DNA of 64,000 nt from Octopus vulgaris. Lineage: Eukaryota. Shown in pieces: positions 39,277 to 51,814 of the stretch. Below the pieces are notes generated by a model. It was not told the DNA's origin. It saw only the letters and a list, made by a program, of their open reading frames with translations, and searched no databases. The stretch's first letter is position 1. Each line of letters opens with the position of its first letter. The position numbers and the translations under genes were made by a program. Location of the stretch: NCBI GenBank assembly GCA_951406725.2, contig OX597827.1:30752001-30816000 (forward strand), given 5' to 3'.

Positions 39277-39697
39277 CAATGCAACTATAAGCTGTTGAAT
39301 GATACCACATCCTGGATTAGGTAGGGAGGCCAGCATTCCTCCTGAATAAAAGATTAGTCCATTGCAGGGTGACTCATTTAGAGCAGAGTGGACTGGAGCA
39401 ACATGAAATGAAGAGATTTACTTGTAGACACAATGCACCACTGGTCTGGGAATCAAAGCTACAACCCTACAATCATGAATGCAATGCCCTAATGTAAATG
39501 TATATATGTTTGTGTGTGTGTGTGTGTGTGTTTATGTGTATATATATACATAAACACACACACTAAAAAATTCCTGATGTATATCCAGTAGCAAGAGTAT
39601 TTCCACTGTATGATGACATCAGGTAGCCAATAACTGTAGAAAGCTTTGCATAGCATTCTACAAGGTGTTTACCCATATCGTACTTAGCTGTGTATAT

Positions 39698-39728
<31 letters not shown>

Positions 39729-39881
39729 CATACATGTATATAAAAGCATATTACTCTATCTCCAGTATTCGAGTACTATTTTTTCAATCTTGTTTCACAT
39801 TTATGTGCTTACTTTGGTATATATATATATATATAGATAGAAAGATAGACAGACAGATACACACCCACCCACATATACATG

Positions 39882-39928
<47 letters not shown>

Positions 39929-39974
39929 TAGATAGATAGACAGATAGACAGATAGATAGATAGATAGATAGCTA

Positions 39975-40262
39975 GATTCCTTTATTGGCCATGCCAGACC
40001 GAACACAGAAGGGACAAAATACAAAGTAGAGCTTTTCTTTTTGGGAAGAACAGAAGGAAAAAAAAAGAAAGAAAAAAAAGTGGGGCAAATTCTGATCAAA
40101 AGGGATCGTGAAAAAAAAAAGTGGGGATAATCAATAGGGATTGTGTATCACAGAAATGTCCATGTAAAAAGGGAAAACAGATTAGGCTTGTCCATGGATA
40201 GAAAAGCCTACGGAAAAGACCACAGGAACCTTGGGCAATAGTGTCATGCAAAAAGAAAACAC
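39975..40262 (-). mobile_element. Tx1-like LINE 3'UTR fragment ending in (TATC)n
   Basis: The minus strand ends ttttgtcccttctgtgttc...tggccaataaaggaatc. Compare ttttgtccctttatgttttcc...tggtcaataaaaagaatt at 18905-18964. Confidence 0.6.
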
Positions 40263-40288
40263 ATTAAGATAGATACACACACATAGAT

Positions 40289-40339
<51 letters not shown>

Positions 40340-40561
40340 CACACACACACACACATATATATATGTATATATATATATACGTTTATATATTTGTTTTGCA
40401 AGATTTTTGATGTGGTCACGGGAGTGTGATGATAGAACTCTGGCCGAAATAAGATTAAGATTAATGTAAAAAATAAATAACGCTGAAGCAAAGTAACACC
40501 AAATATATAGTGCGTGTGTTTTTATTGGCTAAACTGGCAAAATGACCATTCCTAAATACAA

Positions 40562-40571
40562 TTAATTATAT

Positions 40572-40614
<43 letters not shown>

Positions 40615-40619
40615 AATAC

Positions 40620-40651
<32 letters not shown>

Positions 40652-40668
40652 GCATATATATATATACA

Positions 40669-40724
<56 letters not shown>

Positions 40725-40738
40725 TATATATACATATC

Positions 40739-40769
<31 letters not shown>

Positions 40770-40798
40770 GCATATATATATATATACATATATATATG

Positions 40799-40868
<70 letters not shown>

Positions 40869-40898
40869 TATATATGTATATATATATGTATATATATA

Positions 40899-40929
<31 letters not shown>

Positions 40930-40955
40930 TTGTGTGTAAATATATATATATATAT
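40562..40955. repeat. Compound (TA)n/(CA)n microsatellite
   Basis: About 390 bp of TA-dominated dinucleotide repeat. Confidence 0.97.
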
Positions 40956-41176
40956 TGTGGTTGAAACCTTTTGGATTAACTGGTGCTAGAGTGAGCCATA
41001 TAGTGACCACTCTCTTATATTTATTTTGTAAAAATATTATAATATATTATAAAATATTATAATAATCCAGGTTTCTCGGAGCACTAGGCCACTTGGTGTT
41101 GAATAGATATACTATTAAATTAGTATCTAATTCTCTCACCCTTATTAATTAATTATATATATATATATATATTTAT

Positions 41177-41735
41177 GTCAGGTCACTTTCAAGTGCGACT
41201 GGTAACATGTAACCCAGTACAACCTGTTGCATGGTTGGGTCGTCGGAGACTAAACCGGCAACCCCACCAAGCTTGCTTGGTGAGGAGAGTGTTTATTGGA
41301 CACCCTGCAGGATGAAAAACAAAACTTGTCAAAGGGCGGAGGAACTCTTGAGAGTCAATGGCCATCCAATAAATATCTTAAGGCTGTATCATGCGCGGGG
41401 ACATAGAAATAATTGGACGAATACCCGATCGCGCGGTTAAACCATTGGGCGTGAAGGACTCCGAGCCTTTGTTAGGGCATCCTTCTAGGAGAAAGTAACT
41501 CAGGTAACTGGGATAACTCCGACATAAAACCTGTGGCTCAGTGGTTATCAATGATGTTGATTTGTTCTTCTTTTCGGATTATGGCTGCTGTTGCTTAGTG
41601 AGTGGGACTGACACAGTGCACAGCCTTTCCTCACTTTAAAAACAAATCTTCTTGCACAGGCATTGCACAATAACAACATTGATTAAGCTTTGTGCAATGG
41701 CCATACTCGATAACGAGGGGGCAGCCACCATATAT
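41177..41735 (+). mobile_element. Putative non-autonomous RTE-derived element (5'UTR-like body plus RTE-like 3' tail)
   Basis: A GC-richer block between (TA) tracts. It contains gggcatccttctaggagaaagtaactc...aaaacc, resembling RTE 5'UTR motifs (from memory). Its 3' end tggccatactc...gag...gcagccaccatata resembles 37648-37685. Confidence 0.5.
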
Positions 41736-42036
41736 CTATATATATATACATAATCGATAGAAGTAAGCAAGTGATTGAAATGCCACTTTAGAGTATTGGA
41801 TCTCTGCTGTTTTTGACAATAAATATTCAGTTGTCTGATCATCTGAATCACCTACTCACTGTATAAGCATGTAAGTGATTGAGTATTCCACAGACATGTG
41901 TATGTTTAATGAAACCCTTACACAGAATCTGCATGACAAAGTATGACAAAGTTAGACCTTTGAATGACAGAGACAATCCATCCACCTGGACCTCCACGCT
42001 GTTTCTGGTCACCCATTTTCGCCCACGTCAACACAT

Positions 42037-42255
42037 AAGGCAGCAAGCTGACAGAATCGTTTGCATGCCGGGCGAAATGCATGCTGGCATTTCATCCATC
42101 TTTACATTCTGAGTTCAAATTCCACCAGAGTCAACTTTACTTTACATCCTTTCAGGGGGTCAATAAAATAAGGACCAGTTGAGTACTGAAGTCAATGTAA
42201 TCGATTTATTTCCCACCCCAAAATTGCTGGCCTGATGCCAAAAATGTGAAACCAA
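42037..42255 (+). mobile_element. SINE family B
   Basis: Full tRNA-like head and central domain as in the other copies. Confidence 0.8.
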
Positions 42256-42654
42256 TTACATAGACACATCCACAAATACACACACATACATACATACTTA
42301 CACACATGCTCTTTTAAATATCACTAGAACTACCATTTCGATTCTCTCTTGATAAAAGGTTATTTTGATGGGTTTGACTGAGCACATGTTATAGTTCTTC
42401 AATTGCAAACATTTGAATAATAGATGAGGTTTTAATTTCACTATAGGTTAGAGTAACATTATATCTACCAAAACTTGAATAACAGCACCAAAAGGTTTCA
42501 ATGGTTAGATAATCAGCCAACCACTATATGTGAAAAGCTATGGTATTTGTATTTGGAATTTATTTATAAATATATATTTAAGAATTAATCTCTAACTTTA
42601 GTGTCTTTATAAAAATGGAGTGTACTTTATAGAGCTAATGTGTATTTTAGGTGA

Positions 42655-42978
42655 AGGCATGTGGTTCAGTGGTTAGGCCATTTAGTTGACAATTGTTAGA
42701 TCATGAGTTCAGTTTCTGGTAGGGCATTGTGTCCTTGAGTAATTCACGTTATTTCATGTTGCTCTAGTCAACTCAACTGGCAAAAATGAGCTGCACCTGT
42801 AATTCAAAGGGGGCCAGCCTTGTCATATTCTGTGTCACACTGAATCTCCTTGAAGACTACATTAAGGGTACTCATGTTTTGTGTAGTGCTCAGCCACTTG
42901 CATGTTAATTTCATGAGCAGGCTGTTCTGTTGGTTGGATCAACTAGAATATTCATCGTTGTAACTGATGGAGCGCCCA
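42655..42978 (+). mobile_element. SINE family C, full length
   Basis: tRNA-like head GGCATGTGGTTCAGTGGTTAG...GAGTTCAG, a gtccttgag...gttgctctagtcaactcaactgg core, and a 3' end shared with 4495-4832. Confidence 0.8.
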
Positions 42979-43852
42979 TAAGTAAAAAGTGTGTTTTAGA
43001 ACAATAAAGATTAAATATTTTAGATGAGTTTTTGTTTAAAAGATCATATTTTTCGGATTATGAACCTTGTTTTTAAAGATGAAAGAGTTAAAAAATTTTT
43101 CAGGTCTACACTGTCTTCAACTTGTTTGATCTCTAAATTCCAGTGAAATGCAGCAGGATTAAGAAAAAATAGTGATGAGGTTTGAATGTTTACACTACAT
43201 GATTATTCATAAACACTACATGTTTATTCCATTAAACTATGATAACTTGTATAATGGAAAATACAGTAGCTATAAGGTCATGGGCAAATATTACTTTGCT
43301 TGGAAACAAGTGATGGTTGGCAACAGGAAGAGCATCAAGCTACAGAAAATCTGCATCAATGAATTCCGTCCAAAACAAACAAGCATGAAGTAGACATTAA
43401 AACAATTATGATGATGATGATGATGATTTTTTTATCCATTTTCCCAGATTAAAAAAGTCAGTTTATTATTCATTTATTTTTATTTAGCTATTAGTTGCAT
43501 TTATTTAACCCTATATAGATTTAAACCTATACTCTGTGTGTGTGTGTGTGTGTGTGAGTGTGTGTGTGTGTGTGTGAGTGTGTGTGCATGTCCCCTCCTC
43601 CTACTCCTCCTCCTCGTCATCATCACCATCATTTAACGTCTGTTTTCCATGCTGGCATGGGTTGGTTGGTTGGTTTCCCAGGAACTGACCAGCTGAAGGG
43701 CTGTTCAGGTTCCCTGTCTATTTTAACATTGTCTCTATGGCTGGATGCCTTTCCTAATGCCAAATGTATGTATGTATGTATGTATGTATGTGTGTGTGTA
43801 TGTGTGTATGTGTATATATATGTATGTGTATATATATATGTATGTCTGTGTG

Positions 43853-43884
<32 letters not shown>

Positions 43885-43949
43885 TGTATGTATGTATTTG
43901 TTGTTGTTTTCCAATATTTTAAATCCAGGTTTGTCCCCATTAAAGGGGG

Positions 43950-44356
43950 TGGCTGGATTTACCTCACTCTTTCAGCAAATGCTCTCACACATCTCACCCA
44001 GTTTTGGGCATCCTCCCTTCTCAAACCAACTCCCTACAATCTCCTCCTCCACCAGTTCTCTCCACGTTTTCTTTGGTTGACCTCACTTTCGCAGTTTATT
44101 CACTTTAAACTCAAGCATTCTCCTCAGATCATGATCCTCATCCCTCCTCGACACATGTCCATACCACTGCACTCTATTTGCTCCTGCTAGCCCCTTCCAC
44201 CGATTCCTCCAGCCGCAGCATCCCCATCAAGTCCTCAGTCCTCCTTTTACCCAATAGTTTCACACCACACATTACTCTCTCGGTCCTTCTCAAAATTGCC
44301 ATTTCACTTTCCCTCAGACACCACATCTCACTCCGATACAGTATTGCAGATCTCAT
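43950..44356 (-). mobile_element. RTE LINE C-terminal fragment
   Basis: Translates to MRSAILYRSEMWCLRESEMAILRRTER..., then WYGHVSRR and RGQPKKTW-like segments. Confidence 0.8.
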
Positions 44357-44359
44357 GCA

Positions 44360-44391
<32 letters not shown>

Positions 44392-45299
44392 TATATATAT
44401 ATAAAATTATTGTGTCTGGGGAGAGTCATTCTGTTTTAATGCCTTGTTAGTTAACACACCCACTGGTTCAATTTCCACTCATTTACTTATTTATTTTCTC
44501 TATATATAATTAGATCTAAATGATGAGCTTCTTTCAGTTTCTGTCTACTAGTCTACTAAATCCACTTACAAAGCTTTGGATGGCTCAGGGCTATAGAAGA
44601 AGATGCTTGACCAAAGTGACACACATTGGAACAATATGGTTGGAAAGGAAACCTCTTAACCAGACAGCCAGAGTAAAATAAATAAATAAAATAAACATGT
44701 TATAAAAATTTAATATATTTTTAGTTAGCATTGAATTCTATATAGATAAACTCTAAATATATGGCAATGAGTTTTGATAGGAATTCTAACAAATATATAT
44801 ATTTAATGGGAAAAAATATTGCATTGTGTATTTTAGAAGATCTGCTTTTATTTTGGAAATAACAGACGTTTTTTTTTCTAGTTATGTAACAGACATGACA
44901 GAAAAACTTAGAGGGGGGGGGGGAGAAGGAGCTTGTTGATATTTAACTTTCCCCCAAGGAAATGGTAATAATTATACAAGTTAGAATACAGCAACATCTA
45001 CCAAAAGACTTGCTGTAAACAATGAATGATGCATTTTGGCAGACAGGAAAACACACACACACACACACACACACATCTGCAATTAATATGAGGAGGATAA
45101 TAATCAGATTAATTTTTAACTTAGACACAAGACCCCTTGGTTATAAGGAAGGGACTATATGTAAATGATCACATTGACCCCAGTACATGACTCATGCTTT
45201 ATGCTGCACATCTTTCTATAACGACAAAAGTTAAGTCAGTCTAAGCAAGATTTGAACTCAGAATGTAAAGGGATGTAATTAAATACCGTACTTGCTTTG

Positions 45300-45570
45300 C
45301 TTCATGAGGCTGGGGCGGGGTCAGTGGTCCCCGAGACATTGTCATGCGTAGAGTCGACCAGGTCCATCAGTGCTCTCCATCACTGGCAGTCCTGTGTCAG
45401 CCCCTCTGCATCACCCAAGGTGATGTCGAGCCTCCAGAGATCTTCCTCAATCACATCCAACTGCCTCTGGGGTGAGGCCTGCCACAAGGTCTCTTCCAGC
45501 CTGCAACTGCTGTGTCAAATGCGAATAAAGCCCTGGCAAGATGATCTAGCAGGACATGGAGGACTACAAG
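45300..45570 (-). mobile_element. Degraded RTE-like LINE C-terminal fragment
   Basis: The minus strand reads LDVIEEDLWRLDITLGDAEGLTQDCQ*WRALM, like the ..DL....A...AQDR..WR RTE C-terminus. Confidence 0.5.
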
Positions 45571-46998
45571 ACATTTTTGTCTGTTGTTTAACTGAATCAA
45601 CTAGTTACTGATCTGGTCAATAATAATAATAATTAAATGGGTGAGCTGACAGTATTGTTACTGTACTGATAAAAATGCTTCTGATTTTACATGCTGAGTT
45701 CAAATACCACTGAGTCAACTTTACCTTTCATCCTTTTGGGGTCAATAAAATAAATGCCATCTGAGCCCTTGGGTTGATATAATTGACTTACCTGCTAGTC
45801 CAAAATTGCTGCCAAAATTTGAATCCAATAATAATTATAATTAGATTACTATTTTGTTTAATATTCCAGAATTAAAAGACAGATAATTTAAAGAACCAAA
45901 AATGTGCTGGTAATATATTTGATTGACTAAATCTGTGACTTCAATCCTGAAGGTGTTGTAGAACAGCATCAACTTTTAAGAAGTCTTATTACAAACACAC
46001 ACACACACCCTTCTTTATTCACCTTCTTCCTTTATTTACCTCTGATACTTTGTCACTATCATCTTAATCTCTCTTTCCAGCTTCATCTCAATAATTCTCA
46101 CCAACCTATATATGAAATAGGAAGTAGCTATGTATCACCTCTACAACAAGAAACCCTGTCCCTGTCCCTGTCCCTTCCATCATACTTTAATTTCTCAACA
46201 CCCAAACCATAAAACCACCTGTCTCTCTCTCTCTTTCTCTACCATACTCCTACTTATGTGAAGAGTTGCTCTTTAGTCTTGTGAAATACTTGCTGACCTC
46301 ACTAGTGCTGGTGCTGACATGAAAAAAAAAGCATTCTGTATATTCTGTAAACAGGTTGGTGCCAAGAACGGCATCCAATCATAGAAACCAAGCAGGCACC
46401 AGAGTACAAAACAATCCTCTGATTCATTGGATCCTGCAGAACGATCAAACTCACATCAACATTGAAGACAGACATTAAATGATGATGCTGATGATGATGA
46501 GGATAATGATGATGATGAAGAACAGTACAGTACAGTACAGTCTGTTGTCGTTGATGAGCAAGTAAGACTGGGTAATATCCACTGTGCTTTTGCTAATTGT
46601 TTTAAATGCCTATGAAGTCGTTAGCAGACATAAACACTTTCTTGTCCTCACCACTCACCTTCTCAACTGACACCCAATGAAACATTCTGGATGTGACAGC
46701 TGGTAGGAGAAAGAGAGAGAGAGAGAGGGGGGGCTTCAGCAGTAAGCAGCTGGCTTTCATTACAGTTGAGTAAACTGAAGCAATGTGAAATGTAGAGCCT
46801 CGCTCAAAGACACAATGTGAAAGCTGGCTCCAGGAATTGAACCTGTGGACTTCTTATCATGAGCTGAGTATCAAAGAGAAATAAAATGAATTATTCAAAT
46901 TGTTTTAAAGTAGAGATGGGTGCACACATTGCACTTTATGGCAAAGGAATGTACCTGTACAGATGCAATGCACTTTGAGCATTAACTCTTTAGCATTC

Positions 46999-47200
46999 TG
47001 TTATAATCCTTAAAATGTTGGATTATTATAACACCCACTTTGGTATACAGTATACCTATTAACCAGTAAAGACAAGATTATCTCTTGACCGCCTATTACG
47101 TACTCTGCCGTACTGTTTTGTACTCTCTTATTTATTGTGACTAGGTTATTCCATTCATTACATGGGAGGGGTGTACTATTATTACTAATTCTCGACAACA
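46999..47200 (-). repeat. 3' LTR of the Gypsy element
   Basis: Direct repeat of 50142-50343, roughly 80-85% identical by eye. Confidence 0.92.
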
Positions 47201-49220
47201 TCTCCCCTTTTAAGTTTTTCTTAGGAAGTGTCATTTTATTTAGCAATAATTTTTGTTTATTCACCCCCACCTCCCTTTTTTGAGTTTTTTTTCATACAAT
47301 TTAATATTTTTTGCACTTGGCATCTATTTTCAGGAACTCTGTATATTTTCCTTGGCTCTCACTTGTATGCCTGGGTTCAATCATCTGCAGTGGCATTGGT
47401 ACTTGGAACATATCATAGAACCATTTTGTCAGTTCCTCCAACTTCTTAGGTTTGCTCTCCACAAATCTTTTTTTTCAGTTGGTTCCTGTGTATCTTTTGT
47501 ACACCTTTTCTACTTTTTACCTATGCATTTGGTAATTACACCATCTTCCCAAATCTGCTTTCCATTCTTGTATGCCCTCATATACACCTTTTCACCAACT
47601 TTAATTTTCTTTTCTTGCCCGATAGCAATTTATAAAAGACTGATTTTAGTTTCCTTGCAGACATTAGCTCCGCTGGTGATCTACCTGCTGGTGTATTTGG
47701 ATTTGGTGTCACATGGTACACTTTTAAAAACTGCTGTAGATCTACCTCATCTGTGACTTCCTTATTCAATTTTCTTAGGGCTCTCTTGAAGGTATCAACA
47801 AAGCGTTCTGCCTCTCCATTAGGTCTGGGATGGTATGGCACCATAGTTATATGTTCTACCGTGAATGATTCACAAAATTTTTAAAATTTGTAAGATACAA
47901 ATTGTGTACCATTGTCAGACACTAATTTGTCTGGGATGCCAAATATTGAAAACAATTCCTGTAAAAAATTTATCACAGTTGAGGAGACTGGTTTTTTACA
48001 CTTACAAATTTCTGGTCATTTCAAGAAACGATCGACTACCACTAAGTAGTACAAACCATTTAAAGGAGCAGAAAAATTGATATGTAGTCTCGCCCATGGA
48101 ACATCTACTTTTGAACAATGTTTATTTTTTATGGCAGGCAACTTTTCATTTCATTTTGGCTTACAGACAGGTGTTCTACTCTGTTTTACTGCAATTTTTT
48201 GTTTCAGTCCCCCAGCCACATTCAAAACTTTCAACTGAACTGACTTGTATTTCCACACAAAACACTTATGGGCGTATTCCATACTTTGAATAGTTCCATC
48301 CACTCTGTGCCAAACAGATTAAGTGAATCTTTTAATACATATATCTTTGCCTTTTTTGTTTGACCTCGGAATGCTACATTGCATATGAATTCACTGAAAA
48401 AATATAATTTTTTTCTCATAACATGATATGCTATCTTTTTAGATTTAATAAAATTTCAGCTTACCAACATATTTCCACATTTTTTTCACTTATAATGTTG
48501 ATATTACTTCCAGTATCTAATTTCGTTTTAACACTTGTATTTCTGATTTTCACCTTCGCGAATTTTCTCATCGTTATATTACCAATTTTTACCAATGACA
48601 TACTATCTATTCTTTTTCCTTTGTTCTAATGTTTTGTCATCTTCATTCTACAATGCATTTTTATATGTCCTCTATTTCCACAACAAAACCATTCCACTTC
48701 TTTAAATGGACACTTGCTGTAGGGTTACATCCTGGTTTTGTTCCAGCTTTGTGAGAATTCTAGTTCTAACTCCTGCATCCTTTTTGACAGTAAGTCCCTG
48801 TGTAAAAATCAGGCATTTCAACACATCTGGCATTGATTCATCCAGCTTAAACTGCTTGGCATTCCCTGTTAACTCTACCAGCATATGATGTGATGTAGTC
48901 CTCATCGTTGTTTTTCTCTATGTTCAGACACTTCCAATATGTGTTGAACAATGAGCCTTTTTCATTAAAAATTTTACACAATATATCTATTGTGTCATTA
49001 AAGTTTATGTCCGAAGGGTTTCTTGGGAGTATATAATTGTTTTAATGCTCATGTTCTGTTGCCACCAGTTTTCTCAAAATTAAGCATGTTTTCATCTCAT
49101 CATCCCAATCTTTACATTCTTTCTTGAAGATTTGCTCATATCTTCTGTAGTATGCTTCCAAAGTAACTCCTTCATCAGGCTCCAAGGTAACTCCTTCATC
49201 AGGTTCGTATTTGAACTCTG

Positions 49221-49616
49221 TTACTCTTTTACTCGTTTCAGTCATTTGACTGTGGCCATGCTGGAGCACCACCTTTAGTCAAGCAAGTCGACCCCAGGAC
49301 TTATTCTTTGTAAGCCTAGTACTTATTCTATCGGTCTCTTTTGCCGAGCTGCTAAGATACAGGAATGTAAACACACCAGCATCGGTTGTCAAGCGATGTT
49401 GGGAGGAGAAACACAGACACACAAACATACATATAAATATATATACATATATGTGACGGGCTTCTTTCAGTTTCCATCTACCAAATCCACTCACAAGGCT
49501 TTGGTCGGCCCAAGGCTATAGTAGAAGACACTTGCCCAAGGTGCCACGCAGTGGGACTGAACCCAGAACCATGTGGTTGGTAAGCAAGCTACTTACCACA
49601 CAGCCACTCCTACGCC
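49221..49616 (-). mobile_element. SINE family A, full length, inserted in Gypsy gag
   Basis: Well-preserved copy. A SINE C head at ~49630-49772 lies adjacent at the same gag position. Confidence 0.9.
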
Positions 49617-50141
49617 TATCTTTGTACAGCAGGGTTCACCACCATCCCCTGCCGGAGCCTCATGGAGCTTTAGGTGTTTTCACTCAATAAACATTCACAA
49701 CACCCGGTCTGGGAATTGAAACTGTGATCTTACGACCAAGAGTCCGCTGCCCTAACCACTGGGCCATTACATGTCTCTTATGGAGTTTGTGAAACAGACA
49801 GTTGAGAACACTTTTTCTCAATTTCTTGATGATTTCAGTCATTGCAGCATTTGTTGCTGTAATATTATTTGTTGTTGTTGTCGCTGCTTCTGTTGTTGCT
49901 CTTGCAGTTGTATCTGCTGTTGTTGTTGTTGTTGTTTGTTCAGCTGCTGTTGTTGCTGTTTTTACAACTCCAGCAAACCTGCCAACAAATTTTCCATACT
50001 TTGACAATTTTTCATAAAATTCATACACCAACTTTGTGAGTTTATTAACTCCTCTTCGAGTTTCTATTACCTCCATGTGAATTGGTTTATCCTCATTGAG
50101 TTAATTAATGCCTCGTGAGTTGTTTAAATCCTCATCACCAT

Positions 50142-50343
50142 AGTTATAATCCTTAAACTGTTGGATTGTTATAATGCCCACTTTGGTGTACAGTATACTT
50201 AGTAAAACCAATAAAGACACAACTATCTCTGACCGCCTACTACGTACTCTGGTACTTCACATACTTTTCTTTACTTATAGTGACTAGGTTATTCCATTCA
50301 TCACATAGGAGGGGTGTAGCATTGTTACTAATTCCCTACAACA
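50142..50343 (-). repeat. 5' LTR of the Gypsy element
   Basis: Followed on the minus strand by a PBS matching the tRNA-Ser(GCU) 3' end (TGGCGACGAGGAT) apart from two CpG-type C>T changes. Confidence 0.92.
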
Positions 50344-50444
50344 CATTCAAATCATTCTCTCAAATGTGATGTTTATTTATCCACATTACTTTGAATTAAT
50401 CATACATTTATCTTATAGCTTTGAGATTTCAGTTTGATTCTTTT

Positions 50445-51030
50445 GTTCTTTTAATTGACATTTAGCTGTGGCCATGCTGGAGCACCACCTTTAGTCGAAA
50501 ATTCAACCACAGGACTTATTCTTTGTAAGCCTATTACTTATTCTGTTGGTTTCTTTTGTCAAACTGCTAGGTTACGGGGATGTAAACACACCAACATCGT
50601 TTGTCAAGCATTGGTGGGGGAACAAACACAGAGATACGAATACATACACACATGCATGCATGCACACACACACACACACCATCTACCAAATCCACTTGCA
50701 AGGCTTTGGTCAGCCCAAGGCTATAGTAGAAGACACTCACCCAAGATGTCATGCAGAAGGACTGAACCTGGAACCATATGGTTGGGAAGCAAGCTTCTTA
50801 CCACACGGCTATGCCTGCACCTATAATCGATTCTTCATTTTATAGAATGACATTGCAAGGTAGATGTTGGAGCACTGCCTTTAGTCGAACAATTCACCCC
50901 CAGGAATTATTCTTTGTAAGCCTACTACTTATTTTGTTGGCCTCTTTCGTCAAACTGCTAGGTTAAGGGACATAAACACACCAACATCAATTGTCAAGCA
51001 ATGGTGGAGGAACAAACAGACATACAAATA
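50445..51030 (-). mobile_element. Two tandem SINE family A copies (one full, one 3' half)
   Basis: 50445-50821 and 50835-51030 both match the reverse complement of 59231-59617. Confidence 0.8.
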
Positions 51031-51361
51031 CACACACACACACACATGCATGCATTGATGATTGTGATAAGAGGGACGATGAAGGTGATGTTATTATCTA
51101 GAACTATATCAGCTTTGAAGGAGCAGACCTATGATTAAAAAAAGGCATTCCAACCATGACAACCATATTTGTTTTATGAATCATACAGTATATACTGGAC
51201 TACATGACCCAATATATCATTTTCCTTCTGATTGTAGTGCATTATTTAAGAGAAACTGGCTGCTTTGTCTAGCAGTATGGGTGACCATGTAGAAGCTGTT
51301 TTGTTGGCATGTGATGGTAATTATAACAATATGAAAATGTGCTGATAGTGATCATAATAAC

Positions 51362-51394
<33 letters not shown>

Positions 51395-51684
51395 GAGACT
51401 GATGATAAATATGATAATGAAAACGATGATGAATTTCACAGGACATTTGTTCTCAGATAAAAATTTAAAATTTAATAAAAAAAGAACTGCCGAAATGAGC
51501 TCCAGGTTGCTATTGGCAACAGCGTTCAGTTCTAAAACACCTGTTTTCGAAAGAGATGGAAATGTCTGAAATTGTGAATATATCTGAATTAAAAATGACT
51601 TTAAATGCATTTATTAATAGCACAAGAAGAATTACATACACACACACACACATATGCATAAATGAATGCATAGAGACACAAACA

Positions 51685-51740
<56 letters not shown>

Positions 51741-51744
51741 GTAC

Positions 51745-51779
<35 letters not shown>

Positions 51780-51783
51780 ATTT

Positions 51784-51814
<31 letters not shown>

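Larger units (their letters stand above)
46999..50343 (-). mobile_element. Gypsy (Mag-like) LTR retrotransposon, internally deleted
   Basis: LTRs at 50142-50343 and 46999-47200 with outer TG...CA ends. 5-bp TSD CATTC (46994-46998, 50344-50348). PBS TGGTGATGAGGAT after the 5' LTR and PPT AAAAGGGGAGA before the 3' LTR. Remnants of gag (MENLLAGLLEL*KQQQ..., EFKYEPDEG, KCLIFTQGL), protease (LDTGSNI) and integrase (PYHPRPNGEAERFVDTFKRAL). No RT/RNase H motifs seen. Confidence 0.93.

Noticed and set aside
40562-41010. YI-repeat ORFs (also near 14000, 29200-30200, 55050-55520, 57700-58100)
   Set aside because: They are (TA)n/(CA)n microsatellite artefacts.
49684-50076. 130-aa Thr/Ala-rich ORF
   Set aside because: It is an alternative frame over the Gln-rich start of the Gypsy gag, not a host gene.
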